From assembly GCA_963783885.1 (NCBI GenBank), contig CAWAPJ010000012.1:31781-95780 (forward strand): a stretch of 64,000 bases of DNA. The letters run 5' to 3'. The notes below the pieces were generated by a model that did not search any database, was not told the DNA's origin, and was given only the letters and a program-made list of their open reading frames with translations. Below are positions 37,659-47,268 of this stretch, piece by piece. Made by a program: the position numbers and the translations under genes. This stretch comes from Waddliaceae bacterium. Lineage in GTDB: Bacteria; Chlamydiota; Chlamydiia; Chlamydiales; SLFE01. Position 1 is the stretch's first letter. Each line of letters begins with the position of its first letter.

Positions 37659-39435
37659 GAAGTTTTTCCAGTTTATTTGTGTAATTTTTTCTAGCTTTCC
37701 GCACATTGGGGTCGTCGGACGTTTCGGCGATGGCCACATCCCACCAGGCGTGTCCCGGCGAGGAATTTTCCGGGTCGGTGTTGATGACAGTTACGCATGG
37801 AACCGATTTTGTTCGATTGGTTTTCAAAATCTCTTTAAGCTCGTCGACTGATTCCGCTTTTTCAGCGTGGCAGCCGTAGCTTCTTGCGTTTTGCACAAAA
37901 TCGACTTGGGCTTCGGCGAATAAATTGCCGAAGGGCTCAGATCCGCATCCTTTCTGCAAGCGGTTGATACAGCCATATCCCCGATTGTCAAGAAGGACGA
38001 CGTTAATTTTGAAGTTTTGCTGAACAGCGGTCAAGAGTTCAGTATGGAGCATGAGGTAGCTGCCGTCGCCGACCATGACATAGACTTCGCGATCGGGATG
38101 GGCCAGCTTAATTCCAAGAGCTCCCGCGATTTCGTATCCCATGCACGAGTAGCCGTATTCCAGATGGTAAGAGAGCGGATCTCGCGATCTCCAATTTTTA
38201 TGCAGCTCTCCGGGCAAACCTCCGGCGGCCGAAATCATGATATCCGTTTCGCTTAGTGATTGATTAACTGCAGCCAGTACAGCGGTATCGGTTGGGAGGG
38301 ATCCATTCAGCTGAATCGAATTCTGATAAATGGCCTCCCACTCTTTTTTTAGCGGTGATATATCAGTGGTCCATGGTTTGAGGGTAAGCGCGGCAAGTCC
38401 TTCCCGGGCATCGGCGATGAGACATTCGGCTCTCCCTTTGACCGCGTCGAAAGGGACTGTATTTAAACTGACCAGCCGGGCTTTGGAGAAAAGACTTTTG
38501 GATGCCGTCGTAAAATCCGATAGTCTCGTTCCCACGCAAAGAATCACATCGGCATTTGAGGCATAGGTATTGGCAGCGCTCGTACCGGTCACGCCTATGG
38601 CGCCGAGATTGAGCGGATGATCCCATGGAAGCGAGGTTTTTCCGGCTTGCGTCTCGGCGACAGGAATTTGATACTTTTCCACAAACTCCCGAAGAGTTTC
38701 TTCGGCGCCGCTATAGTGCACGCCTCCTCCGGCAATGATGAGAGGCTTTTGAGATTGCCGCATCAACTTCGAAGCTCTTTGAGCCGCTCTTTCATCCGGT
38801 CGTAGGCGGTCAATGTAGTGAAGCTTTTCTTCGAAAAACCACTCGGGATAATCGTAGCATTCTGTTTGCGTGTCCTGAGGAAGAGCCAATGTCACCGGGC
38901 CGCGATCGGAGGGATACAACAGAGTCCGCATCGCCTGCGGAAGCGAGTCGATAAGCTGTTCGGGACGGGTGATGCGATCAAAGTACCGAGAGACGGGCTT
39001 AAAGCAGTCATTGACTGAGTAAAGAGGGCATGTGGGATCTTCGAGCTGCTGCAACACGGGATCGGGCCTTCTGGAAGCAAAGATATCGCCGGGCAAAAAG
39101 AGAACAGGCAGCCGGTTGACATGCGCAAGAGCCGCGGCAGTCACCATATTGGTGGCGCCGGGACCAATGGAGGAAGTGACGGCCATCACCCGCCTGGCTC
39201 TGTTGGCTTTGGCAAACGCGATGGCAGCGTGTGCCATTCCCTGCTCGTTCTGGCCTCTAAAGTAGGGCATGATATCCCGATACTTCCAGAGCGCTTCACC
39301 GACTCCGGCGACATTGCCATGGCCATAAATCCCCCACACACCACCAAAAAGGGGCGCAAAACTTCCGTCAAAAAGTTCAACCTTCTGGCTAGCGAGATAC
39401 CGAATTAATGCTTGCGCGAGTGTCATCTTTGCCAT
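37648..39435 (-). CDS. iolD: ThDP-dependent THcHDO acylhydrolase
   Basis: GHGNVAG, NEQGMAHAA, YHLEYGYSCMGYEIAG, GDGSY, CINRLQ. Confidence 0.96.
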   Translation of the reverse strand: MAKMTLAQALIRYLASQKVELFDGSFAPLFGGVWGIYGHGNVAGVGEALWKYRDIMPYFRGQNEQGMAHAAIAFAKANRARRVMAVTSSIGPGATNMVTAAALAHVNRLPVLFLPGDIFASRRPDPVLQQLEDPTCPLYSVNDCFKPVSRYFDRITRPEQLIDSLPQAMRTLLYPSDRGPVTLALPQDTQTECYDYPEWFFEEKLHYIDRLRPDERAAQRASKLMRQSQKPLIIAGGGVHYSGAEETLREFVEKYQIPVAETQAGKTSLPWDHPLNLGAIGVTGTSAANTYASNADVILCVGTRLSDFTTASKSLFSKARLVSLNTVPFDAVKGRAECLIADAREGLAALTLKPWTTDISPLKKEWEAIYQNSIQLNGSLPTDTAVLAAVNQSLSETDIMISAAGGLPGELHKNWRSRDPLSYHLEYGYSCMGYEIAGALGIKLAHPDREVYVMVGDGSYLMLHTELLTAVQQNFKINVVLLDNRGYGCINRLQKGCGSEPFGNLFAEAQVDFVQNARSYGCHAEKAESVDELKEILKTNRTKSVPCVTVINTDPENSSPGHAWWDVAIAETSDDPNVRKARKNYTNKLEKLHAN

Positions 39436-41191
39436 AGATCAGCTCCAAAAAGTTTTGTTTGATTTGCTCTTGAATTTCTTTCTCGCCGATTTGGCCGGCA
39501 AAATACCGGCCGGCGAGATCCCCCCAAATGGTCCTGCCGACTGCAAACCCTTTGATCATTTCATCGGCTTGTTTGATCTTCTGATGCTTTTTGACGAGTT
39601 CTTTGAGCGGCAGATTTTGCCCCAAGAGAAGGATTCCTTTGCATCCGGGATCCGAATCGCGAATCGTTTCGGAAATGTGCTTCCAACCGACAGAATCGTC
39701 GATAGGAGGAAGTTTCCACCAATCGGGATAAATGCCCTGTTGATAACATTTCTCAACCAAATCGGCGATTCGCGGAAATGCCGGAAAGACAAATTCGATC
39801 AGAAGCTGCCGATGTGTATCGACGCAGGCATCATAGAGTTGTTTTAAGGGACCGATCACCTCGTCATCGCAATCGGTTATCGGAGAGAGAACTTTAACAC
39901 CATGTTCTTTTGGCCATGAATTAAGTATCAGGCGGGCTTCCTGATGGCCTAAAAACTTGAGCGGAACTTTTTGCGGCTCTTCAATGCACCGAAAAACGGG
40001 TAAAGCCGTGTCGCAGCTTTCATCAAGAATCACGCCGCTGTTTTTTAAGTTGAGATCTTCGAGAGAGTGAACAACCAACTGTTTGAACTCCCTGACTTTT
40101 TGCGGGTCTCTGCCATGAAAAAATGTGCGATGATCGATAGCGAGCAGATAGACTTCATTTGTCTCGGGTTTTCTTGAATAATTTCTGTGGAGGATCTCGA
40201 TTTTGGAAAGAGATTCAGACCCGCTCATGAAAACTTGCAGCTCATCCCAATAAGGCATTGCGGGAGAACACCCATGTCTGGTGACGACAAGGGCGCCATT
40301 GGCGTTGCCGAGCCGGCAGCATGTTTTCAGATCGCACTCTTTAAGCCAGCCGCGTAAAAATCCGCTCATAAAGGCATCTCCGGCCCCTAAAACATTGAAG
40401 ACTTTGACACCAAAAGGCTCTGAGATAAGCGGGGCGTCGATCTCGCCCGGATAGGCAATGCATCCCTTCTCTCCTCTCTTTTGAACAAGGAGCGCCGCCG
40501 TCTGTTCTCGAACATGCGATAGCGCTGCGCCGATGGTCGGCTCTCCGGATGCCGCCAGGATCTCTTCCTCAGTACCCACAATCAAATCAGAGAGCGGCAT
40601 AATTTCCCCAAGGCGGTCTGCCACAAGCTGCAAATGCCTGTACCGCTCCTCGCCTTCTCCGTGACCTGCCGCGCCCCAGAGAACCGGTCGGTAGTCGATA
40701 TCGAGAATGACCCGGCATCCTGCCTCTTTGGCCAAAGCTGCCGCTTTCTTAGTGACTCCGAAAATTTTTTCATTGCTGCAGTGAGTTCCTGTAATCAAGA
40801 GCGCCCGCGACTGTTGAAAACATACCGGTTCGAAATCGTTTTCATCGAGGGCCATATCCGCGCAGTTTTCCCTGTAGAATATCAAAGGAAAATTATCGGG
40901 TGGATCAATACCTAAAAGGACAAGACCTGTCAGATGGCCCGGCTTAGTATGCAGCCAAGAGACATCGACACCTTCGGAAATCAAGGTCTCTCTCACAAAA
41001 CGGCCCATCGCTTCCTCGCCCACCGCGCTGAGCATGCCTGTCTTTAAGCCGAGGCGCGAGGCGCCAATGGCGATATTGGCCGGACATCCTCCCACATATT
41101 TTGAAAACGATGAAGCATTTTCCAAAGACGCTCCGATCTGGTCGGCATAGAAATCGACCGCCGCGCGCCCCATGCACAAAAGGTCGATCAT
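39389..41191 (-). CDS. iolC: 5-dehydro-2-deoxygluconokinase with C-terminal DUF2090/aldolase-like domain
   Basis: PfkB motifs GG.PANIA, DIDYRP.LW, GAGDAF; C-terminal PDWWKL, GFAVGRTIW. Confidence 0.95.
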   Translation of the reverse strand: MIDLLCMGRAAVDFYADQIGASLENASSFSKYVGGCPANIAIGASRLGLKTGMLSAVGEEAMGRFVRETLISEGVDVSWLHTKPGHLTGLVLLGIDPPDNFPLIFYRENCADMALDENDFEPVCFQQSRALLITGTHCSNEKIFGVTKKAAALAKEAGCRVILDIDYRPVLWGAAGHGEGEERYRHLQLVADRLGEIMPLSDLIVGTEEEILAASGEPTIGAALSHVREQTAALLVQKRGEKGCIAYPGEIDAPLISEPFGVKVFNVLGAGDAFMSGFLRGWLKECDLKTCCRLGNANGALVVTRHGCSPAMPYWDELQVFMSGSESLSKIEILHRNYSRKPETNEVYLLAIDHRTFFHGRDPQKVREFKQLVVHSLEDLNLKNSGVILDESCDTALPVFRCIEEPQKVPLKFLGHQEARLILNSWPKEHGVKVLSPITDCDDEVIGPLKQLYDACVDTHRQLLIEFVFPAFPRIADLVEKCYQQGIYPDWWKLPPIDDSVGWKHISETIRDSDPGCKGILLLGQNLPLKELVKKHQKIKQADEMIKGFAVGRTIWGDLAGRYFAGQIGEKEIQEQIKQNFLELIYGKDDTRASINSVSR

Positions 41192-41991
41192 AAAGCCGGA
41201 CTCCAGTACTGAGACGCCGGATCCATTGTCCAACGGTGTTCATCGGTGAAAACCGGAACCGTGTAGCGGCTGCTGGGCAAGTGGCGGATGACCCAAATAT
41301 AATACATTCCGTAACCCGGCGCAGAACACTGCGAGTGGTCGAGCTCGTCGAGAATTTTTAGCGTGTCACCGGGCCTCACCTTATATACATCTTCACCGAG
41401 CTCGGCATGCCCATAGCCGTGGGGATTGGTAAAACGGTAGTGGTAAATTTCCGGCTGCGGGTGATGATGAGGAGGGTAGCTCGACCAGCGGCCGGGAAAG
41501 TTAACGACTTCTCCAAGGACAAGCTGTGTGTCGGGATGGCTGTTTGATCCGTCGAATATGGTCCTGACAAATCTTAAGGAAGCATTATCGACAAGCCCCT
41601 TTCCTCTATGCTCATCCTCAGTGTCATCGGAAGCAAAAACAGCAGTTGGAAAGGGCTTTTCATTGGGAGTTTGAAATCTGGCAACTTCCGCATCGGTGAC
41701 CGCCTCTAACCTAACGGGGGTATTGGCAGAAACATGAACAGCAAACGGCTGCTCGTCGAAGAGCGAATTCCTGCAATTTTCATAAACATTGCCCCCTTCA
41801 GAAATTTTGATCTTTCCGTCCAGGTGAAGACAGGCCATCTCCATTGGTGAAGTGAGATTAATCGAATCCCCGGCCTTTAACTTGACAATCGAAAACGCGA
41901 TGCCTGTATTGTCTTTCGGATCTCTTTCTGTCGTTATGCTGGTGATTCCAAAAGGAAACCCTTCCCTGAATTTTGTAATATGGCGCATCAA
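41188..41991 (-). CDS. iolB: 5-deoxy-glucuronate isomerase
   Basis: GEV...G.WSSYPPHHH, EIYHYRF, PGY.MYY.W. Confidence 0.92.
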   Translation of the reverse strand: MMRHITKFREGFPFGITSITTERDPKDNTGIAFSIVKLKAGDSINLTSPMEMACLHLDGKIKISEGGNVYENCRNSLFDEQPFAVHVSANTPVRLEAVTDAEVARFQTPNEKPFPTAVFASDDTEDEHRGKGLVDNASLRFVRTIFDGSNSHPDTQLVLGEVVNFPGRWSSYPPHHHPQPEIYHYRFTNPHGYGHAELGEDVYKVRPGDTLKILDELDHSQCSAPGYGMYYIWVIRHLPSSRYTVPVFTDEHRWTMDPASQYWSPAL

Positions 41992-42042
41992 AACTCCCTG
42001 TTGCTGCCTTTTGTAATCTATACAGGAAATTTTTTAAAGAAT

Positions 42043-43146
42043 TTATATGGATCTGTCTAACAAGCGGGAGAAATTTTTTGCGAAGGCTTTGACATCAAAT
42101 GCAGACTCGACTTCTACCCACGGTATGATCCCCGCTTTCCATGCGGGTGGAGCGAATCCTTTGAGACGGTAAATAGTTTTAATGAACATTTCCGCAATTG
42201 ACGGATCCCCTCTAACCCACGGCTTCGCCTTGCATATCCACCAAAAGATCTCTCCAAGCTTTTTATCCAAAGAAAACTGATCTTGAGCCCGCATCGCTTT
42301 ATGATAAAGTTTGTCGACATAATCCAAAATTTCATGCACGTATTTCGGACTTGCATGAATAATATAATTTTCTTTTTTTAGAGAAAAAAAAGAGAGGCTA
42401 ATGCGTTTATTTTTAATATATCCGTAAGATTGTATTTTTATTTTGGTCTTGTAGTCTTTTCTTTTAAAAAACTGTTTTCCACATTCATCAGCAGTTAATG
42501 TTTCAACCCTTTCAGCCAATTCTTTGTATCTCTTGTTTAATTTGGTCTTCATGCGGGCTTTTCTCTCTTGTATTTTATGCTTTCGCATTCTCAGACCATA
42601 TTCATCAAAATTTAGATGGCCTAATTTAATTGCCATCACATGCCTAAAATAAGCCAGCACTGCCAAAGTTTGCCGAAAAGTCCATGCTTTGTTCAAAATT
42701 CCATTTTGAGCCATTAATGTTCCGCAGCGCATATAGGAACCATAGTACTTTTGGTTTTTTTTCCCCTTTCCATAGACTTTAACGCTTTCCCAATTCCTTT
42801 CTCGAATCACGTAGCGTCTCCAATAGACTTTCGAAATTTTTTTGGGGAGACGCCTGCGGAATTTCTGAAAATTGATTAAAGTACCGAAATCCAGTATAAA
42901 GTCCCGCTTAGGACCGTCGAACGCCATCGCTGTGCGAATGACTGTGAAACTCCGTTCCGGGACATTGTAGATCTGTTCTTCCGTAACAAAGTCAATCAGT
43001 CCATATTTAGCATAAATAAGGATCTCGGTTTCTGAATAGCCAAGCTTTAATAACTTAGTAAGCAGTAGCGGGTAAAATCTTTTTCTGCTATCAGCTTCAT
43101 TGATGAATGAAGTTGATGGATTATCCCGAAGAAGAGCAGAGGTCAT
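42043..43146 (-). CDS. AvrB/XopAH-like Fido-fold protein (start uncertain)
   Basis: C-terminal WWICKAKPWVRGDPSIAEMFIKTIYRLKGFAPPAWKAGIIPWVEV resembles the AvrB-family C-terminus. Confidence 0.65.
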   Translation of the reverse strand: MTSALLRDNPSTSFINEADSRKRFYPLLLTKLLKLGYSETEILIYAKYGLIDFVTEEQIYNVPERSFTVIRTAMAFDGPKRDFILDFGTLINFQKFRRRLPKKISKVYWRRYVIRERNWESVKVYGKGKKNQKYYGSYMRCGTLMAQNGILNKAWTFRQTLAVLAYFRHVMAIKLGHLNFDEYGLRMRKHKIQERKARMKTKLNKRYKELAERVETLTADECGKQFFKRKDYKTKIKIQSYGYIKNKRISLSFFSLKKENYIIHASPKYVHEILDYVDKLYHKAMRAQDQFSLDKKLGEIFWWICKAKPWVRGDPSIAEMFIKTIYRLKGFAPPAWKAGIIPWVEVESAFDVKAFAKNFSRLLDRSI

Positions 43147-44305
43147 GATGATGGCTCTATTCTTTCTTTGCGGATTTTCAACAGTCCTGAATACAATTTT
43201 AGCTCCTTATCTGCAATCTGCCTTAAATCTGAGCTATACTTCGATCGCTGCGGTTTACATTAGTTTTTATCTAGCTTATCTGATTGTGTCTCCCATTGCC
43301 GGCAACCTCCTCAGCAAAGGGAAAATTCTTCAAGGGTTTCGTGTGTCCCTTCTCCTTTCTGCCGCAGGTTCTCTTTTTATCTCAATTGGCGGACTGGATG
43401 ATTCATACATTTTAATCCTTCTGGGAATTTTTGTCATGGCAAGCGGAATCGCCTGCTTGCAGGTCACTGCCAACCCCTATATTGTCTTCCTGGGAAGCGC
43501 GGAGACAGCGAGCATGCGGCTCACTTTTTTACAAGGATTCTTCGCCCTCGGCACCGTGGCCGCTCCTTTTGCCGGTTCTCTTTTGATATTAGCCAATTTA
43601 AATGATCTGCCCCTAGCTAAGCCGTATCTTATTTTATCGGGTTGCTGGGGAGTGGCGTGGCTGCTGTCGGAGCTGTTTCCCTTTCCAGAGGTTAAAGAAT
43701 TGAGAGATCTTAATGATGAAAAAAGCCCCCCTGTATTCAAAGACCCGATTGTCCTGATCGGAATGGTCATGGTGGCGATTGCCGTCGGCGTTGAAATTTC
43801 GGTAGGAAATTTCGTTATCCCGCTTCTGACGCATGAAAAAAGCTTTAGTCTCAGCCTTGACGCCGCCGGACAAATGGCGATGCTTTATTGGATAGGTTTT
43901 ATGCTGGGACGATTTTTTTGTCCACTGTTCTTAAAGGTCTATCCGGCAAGACGGGTTCTTTTCTGGCACGGTTTTGCCGGACTTCTGTTCGGGCTCATTG
44001 CCGGTTTCGGCAGCGGAGCCGCATCGGCCTATTCCGCGCTTGCTCTCGGCGTGTGCACTTCGATTCTCTTTCCGGTTATCTTTACACTGATCATGGAAGA
44101 GAGCCGCTCGTCGAAAATGCAGATCTCCGGCCTATTGATGATGGCCAATATCGGAGGGGCCGCAATCCCTTTTCTCCAGGGAATCGCGGCCGACCTTACC
44201 GGGATTCATCTCTCTTTTGCCGTTCCCGCGGCCTGCTTCCTAGCTGTCGCTCTCTTTTCCTTGCGAAGGCCGGTTTTTTTTCGGCGGGAAAATTGTGAGC
44301 TTTAG
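43103..44305 (+). CDS. MFS sugar permease (FucP/GluP family), candidate inositol importer
   Basis: LFF..GF...LN.IL, LQVTANPY, VGVE, SILFPVIF, GGAAIP.LQG. Confidence 0.88.
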   Translation: MNEVDGLSRRRAEVMMMALFFLCGFSTVLNTILAPYLQSALNLSYTSIAAVYISFYLAYLIVSPIAGNLLSKGKILQGFRVSLLLSAAGSLFISIGGLDDSYILILLGIFVMASGIACLQVTANPYIVFLGSAETASMRLTFLQGFFALGTVAAPFAGSLLILANLNDLPLAKPYLILSGCWGVAWLLSELFPFPEVKELRDLNDEKSPPVFKDPIVLIGMVMVAIAVGVEISVGNFVIPLLTHEKSFSLSLDAAGQMAMLYWIGFMLGRFFCPLFLKVYPARRVLFWHGFAGLLFGLIAGFGSGAASAYSALALGVCTSILFPVIFTLIMEESRSSKMQISGLLMMANIGGAAIPFLQGIAADLTGIHLSFAVPAACFLAVALFSLRRPVFFRRENCEL

Positions 44306-44950
44306 CCTGTTTGAAGAGTCTTCTCCTTCTTCCGAAGGCTTTTCAAACGATGTCGACAGGGTATATTTTTTCTTGTTGAGTTCTTCCTTAATAAAACTTT
44401 GAAGCACTCTGACAGATAATTCGTCTTTTGGCCAAAGCGACCATTGATAAGCTTCGGGATCTTTTTTTATACACTCCCCAACTTCAGCGGATAGAAGTTT
44501 CTGCTGCGCTTTAATTTCATTGTTAACCCGAAGCTTAAGGGCAGTTTTGTTCAACCTATCCCAGGCCCATCCACGCTTTTTCAGTGTCTCTTTTTGAGTC
44601 ATGTCAGGTTCGGCATTATCGTCAATACCTATAGTTGCAGTGATTTGGTTTTCAAGAATAATATTAGATTCTTTAATTTCGACTGTTAATGCCATGCTTT
44701 TAAAAGTACCTATCAAAAACTCACGAATTTCAGTATAAAAATTAGGATCGATAGGTATCGTAATCTTCCAGGTATTGGGTTTGCCTTCACCCGTTTCTGT
44801 CATATAATCTGTTAATAAGCCTTTCTTGAAGATCGCTTTATCTATCGTGTCCATGATTTTTTGATATTTCTCTGCCAGCACTTTTTTTCTCTCTTCGGCA
44901 GCCGACTCGAAAGGAGTCGGTTTCTGTGGATTGAATAATTTGTTAATCAT
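44240..44950 (-). CDS. Hypothetical K/E-rich protein
   Basis: GGAGG RBS before ATG 44950; no recognised motif. Confidence 0.6.
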   Translation of the reverse strand: MINKLFNPQKPTPFESAAEERKKVLAEKYQKIMDTIDKAIFKKGLLTDYMTETGEGKPNTWKITIPIDPNFYTEIREFLIGTFKSMALTVEIKESNIILENQITATIGIDDNAEPDMTQKETLKKRGWAWDRLNKTALKLRVNNEIKAQQKLLSAEVGECIKKDPEAYQWSLWPKDELSVRVLQSFIKEELNKKKYTLSTSFEKPSEEGEDSSNRLKLTIFPPKKNRPSQGKESDS

Positions 44951-45519
44951 AAAAACCTCCATTTTTGATCATAAGGGACTTATAATAAATCTTCTGATTA
45001 AATGCCAGCAATTTGCAAATTCAAAATAAACTAGAATCACACGCCGGATTTTTCAATCTCTTCCTTGTTGCCTAAAACCTTCACCTTCATAATGCGAACC
45101 ATATCATAGAAGGTGATTTTATACTTTGTTAGCGTCTGACTGAATGTTTTTTGGCTTCCAAAGTTACAGGATTGTTGCCAAAGCCAGTAAAGTCGGCGTC
45201 AAAACTAATACTCTGCGTAAAAAGTTCTTTAAATTAGCTGGTGCAAGGTTCGCCGTCCTGTTAATGACGTGGAGACCGAAGTAAACTTAGTGAATTTATG
45301 ATAATTAAATTAAATAAATTTTTTCACGGGAATGGCTGAGACCCTGATTGCTACCTAAACTTGTCGTTAAGGTCTTTCATTGAATTCAGATGCGTAGACT
45401 CGATTTGAAGGCAAGGGTAATCCCTTGCCGATAATCGAGGATTAGCAGATGAATTCAATGAAAGATTTTAACGGCAATAGACTCTGTGATACTTCCTTAG
45501 ACAAAAAAAGGGGTACATC

Positions 45520-46361
45520 ATGGAAACTTATGCAATAACCATTTATGTCATCAGCGAATAAGTCCTTCGAATTTTAGGGGTTAAAGACGATCCTCAATCT
45601 CAAATGTCCAATGCAGAAGTTATAACTTTTGCTAGTTTTATCAGCAAAATATTTTTCTTGTAACTATAAAATGTCCAGATATTTATGTAAAAGATTACGA
45701 TTATTCAGAGCTATTTTAAGCAATAGCCGGCTAAATCGCCGAATTCATAAAATTCCTTGGATTTGTTGGAACGCCATTTTTCCGTTTTTTAGCTCTATTT
45801 TTTAAGCAAATAAATAAAGATCAGGGTTTTGCTATAGACAGCTTTCCAGTTTCATGTTGTCAGAAAAATAGAATCGATAAACGGAAGGTTTTTCTAGAAC
45901 GAAGGTATTTAGGTTTCGCAGCTTCTAAAAAGCGTTACTTTTGCGGCATAAAAGTTCATATGATTGTGACGAGCGAAGGCAAGCCGGTTGAAGTTCTTTT
46001 CAAGCCAGGAGCAGTAAGCGATGTAAAGGTGCTCTGGGAAATGAAACTGGACATTCCACCAGATTCTAAACTTTATGCAGATGGTGCGTATAATTGCTTT
46101 GATTTAGAAGACATCTTGAAAGAAGAACAAATTACATTGCTTGCAAAACGGGGATGTAAAGCAAAGAATAGAGTCCGAACACCTATTGAAGAGAGGGAAA
46201 TCAGTAGCAAGCGACAGATTGTCGAGACGACATTTAGCTGTATAACAAATCTTTTTCCAAGAACTTTTAAGGTCTGCACTGAACAAGGCTTTTTGATAAA
46301 AGTATTCTGTGCAATTCTTGCCTATAGCGTTTCATTTTTATGCAATAGGGACCTTCGCTAG
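45520..46361 (+). pseudogene. IS982 transposase pseudogene
   Basis: In-frame TAA at 45559-45561 plus frameshifts before the intact C-terminal ORF 45960-46361. Confidence 0.88.
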
Positions 46362-46462
46362 AGCTTACACGAGCACACCATCTACTGCCTGTAGCGACTT
46401 GGCAAGGGATTACCCTTGCCGTCGACGCTACAGTTGTATCTGGCGCACTCGTGTAAGCTCTA
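46359..46462 (-). repeat. Long imperfect palindrome at the right end of IS982
   Basis: TAGAGCTTACACGAG...CTCGTGTAAGCTCTA with apex GGCAAGGG-ATTA-CCCTTGCC; CTAG at both boundaries. Confidence 0.88.
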
Positions 46463-46550
46463 GCTAAGGTTTAGGTAGCAATCAGGGTCTGAGATTTGTA
46501 CGCCATGCTTTTGGAAAACGGTCTTTTTTGATAGCATTATCTCTGGATAA

Positions 46551-47267
46551 ATGCAAATTAGTAAGGAATATATGGTTTTTTTGAAAGCTGAGACTGGTCC
46601 TCCACTTGCAGAAGACCCACCCGCTAAGTTTACCGTTAGGTACTTTGATGAAAACGGTAATCTCACTATCCGTTCTGGCGGTTCCCGTGCTTGGAGATGC
46701 AACAACCCAGGAAACCTCAGAAAAAGCCGGTATAGTATGAGCAAAAAACGGGGATCCATTGGCTTTGCAGGCCACGGCGAAGACCAGTATCCCGTTTATC
46801 CTGATAAAGCAACTGGGTTAGAGGCTCTGACAGTTATGTTAAAAGGGTCAGTTTACGGCCCTCTTACCCTTCGCAAAGCTCTTCAACGCTTTGAACCCGG
46901 TAAAACAGACTATATTGACATTATTGTCCAGCGAACCGGGTTGGATCCCGACCACACCATTCGCTCACTAAATGATCGAGAATTTACGAGATTCCATCAA
47001 GCTATCGAATATGTAGAAAACTGGACGCCTGGCTGTGAAGATTTTATTGAAAGGTGGATCATCGCTGCTGTTCATAAGAAGCGAGGCACGATTTTTGAGT
47101 ATCTAGTTAACAAACCAAAATCTGGCGGCTCTGAATGGATTGCCAAGACCGATGCCATCTTACTTGCAGATGAAGGCAGGCTTCGTGCGACAGTAGTTCA
47201 TCCAAAAAAGGGCTCTCCATACCTTCGTCCAGAATATGGAAAACACTCCTTCACCGAGGTCACATAA
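46551..47267 (+). CDS. NNPGN-motif lysozyme-like protein with DUF3892-like C-terminus
   Basis: GGSRAWRCNNPGNLR...AI..VE.W; C-terminal WI.K..AI.L...G.L....P..YLR. Confidence 0.65.
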   Translation: MQISKEYMVFLKAETGPPLAEDPPAKFTVRYFDENGNLTIRSGGSRAWRCNNPGNLRKSRYSMSKKRGSIGFAGHGEDQYPVYPDKATGLEALTVMLKGSVYGPLTLRKALQRFEPGKTDYIDIIVQRTGLDPDHTIRSLNDREFTRFHQAIEYVENWTPGCEDFIERWIIAAVHKKRGTIFEYLVNKPKSGGSEWIAKTDAILLADEGRLRATVVHPKKGSPYLRPEYGKHSFTEVT

Positions 47268-47268
47268 T

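Larger units (their letters stand above)
45341..46488 (+). mobile_element. IS982-family element with inactivated transposase
   Basis: 20-bp IRs ACCCTGATTGCTACCTAAAC; CTGAG duplicated on both flanks; IDSFP, YFCGIKVH, ADGAY, RQIVETTFS. Confidence 0.92.

Noticed and set aside
45030-45300. Possible gene remnant or sRNA upstream of IS982
   Set aside because: Only short broken frames and no recognisable structure.
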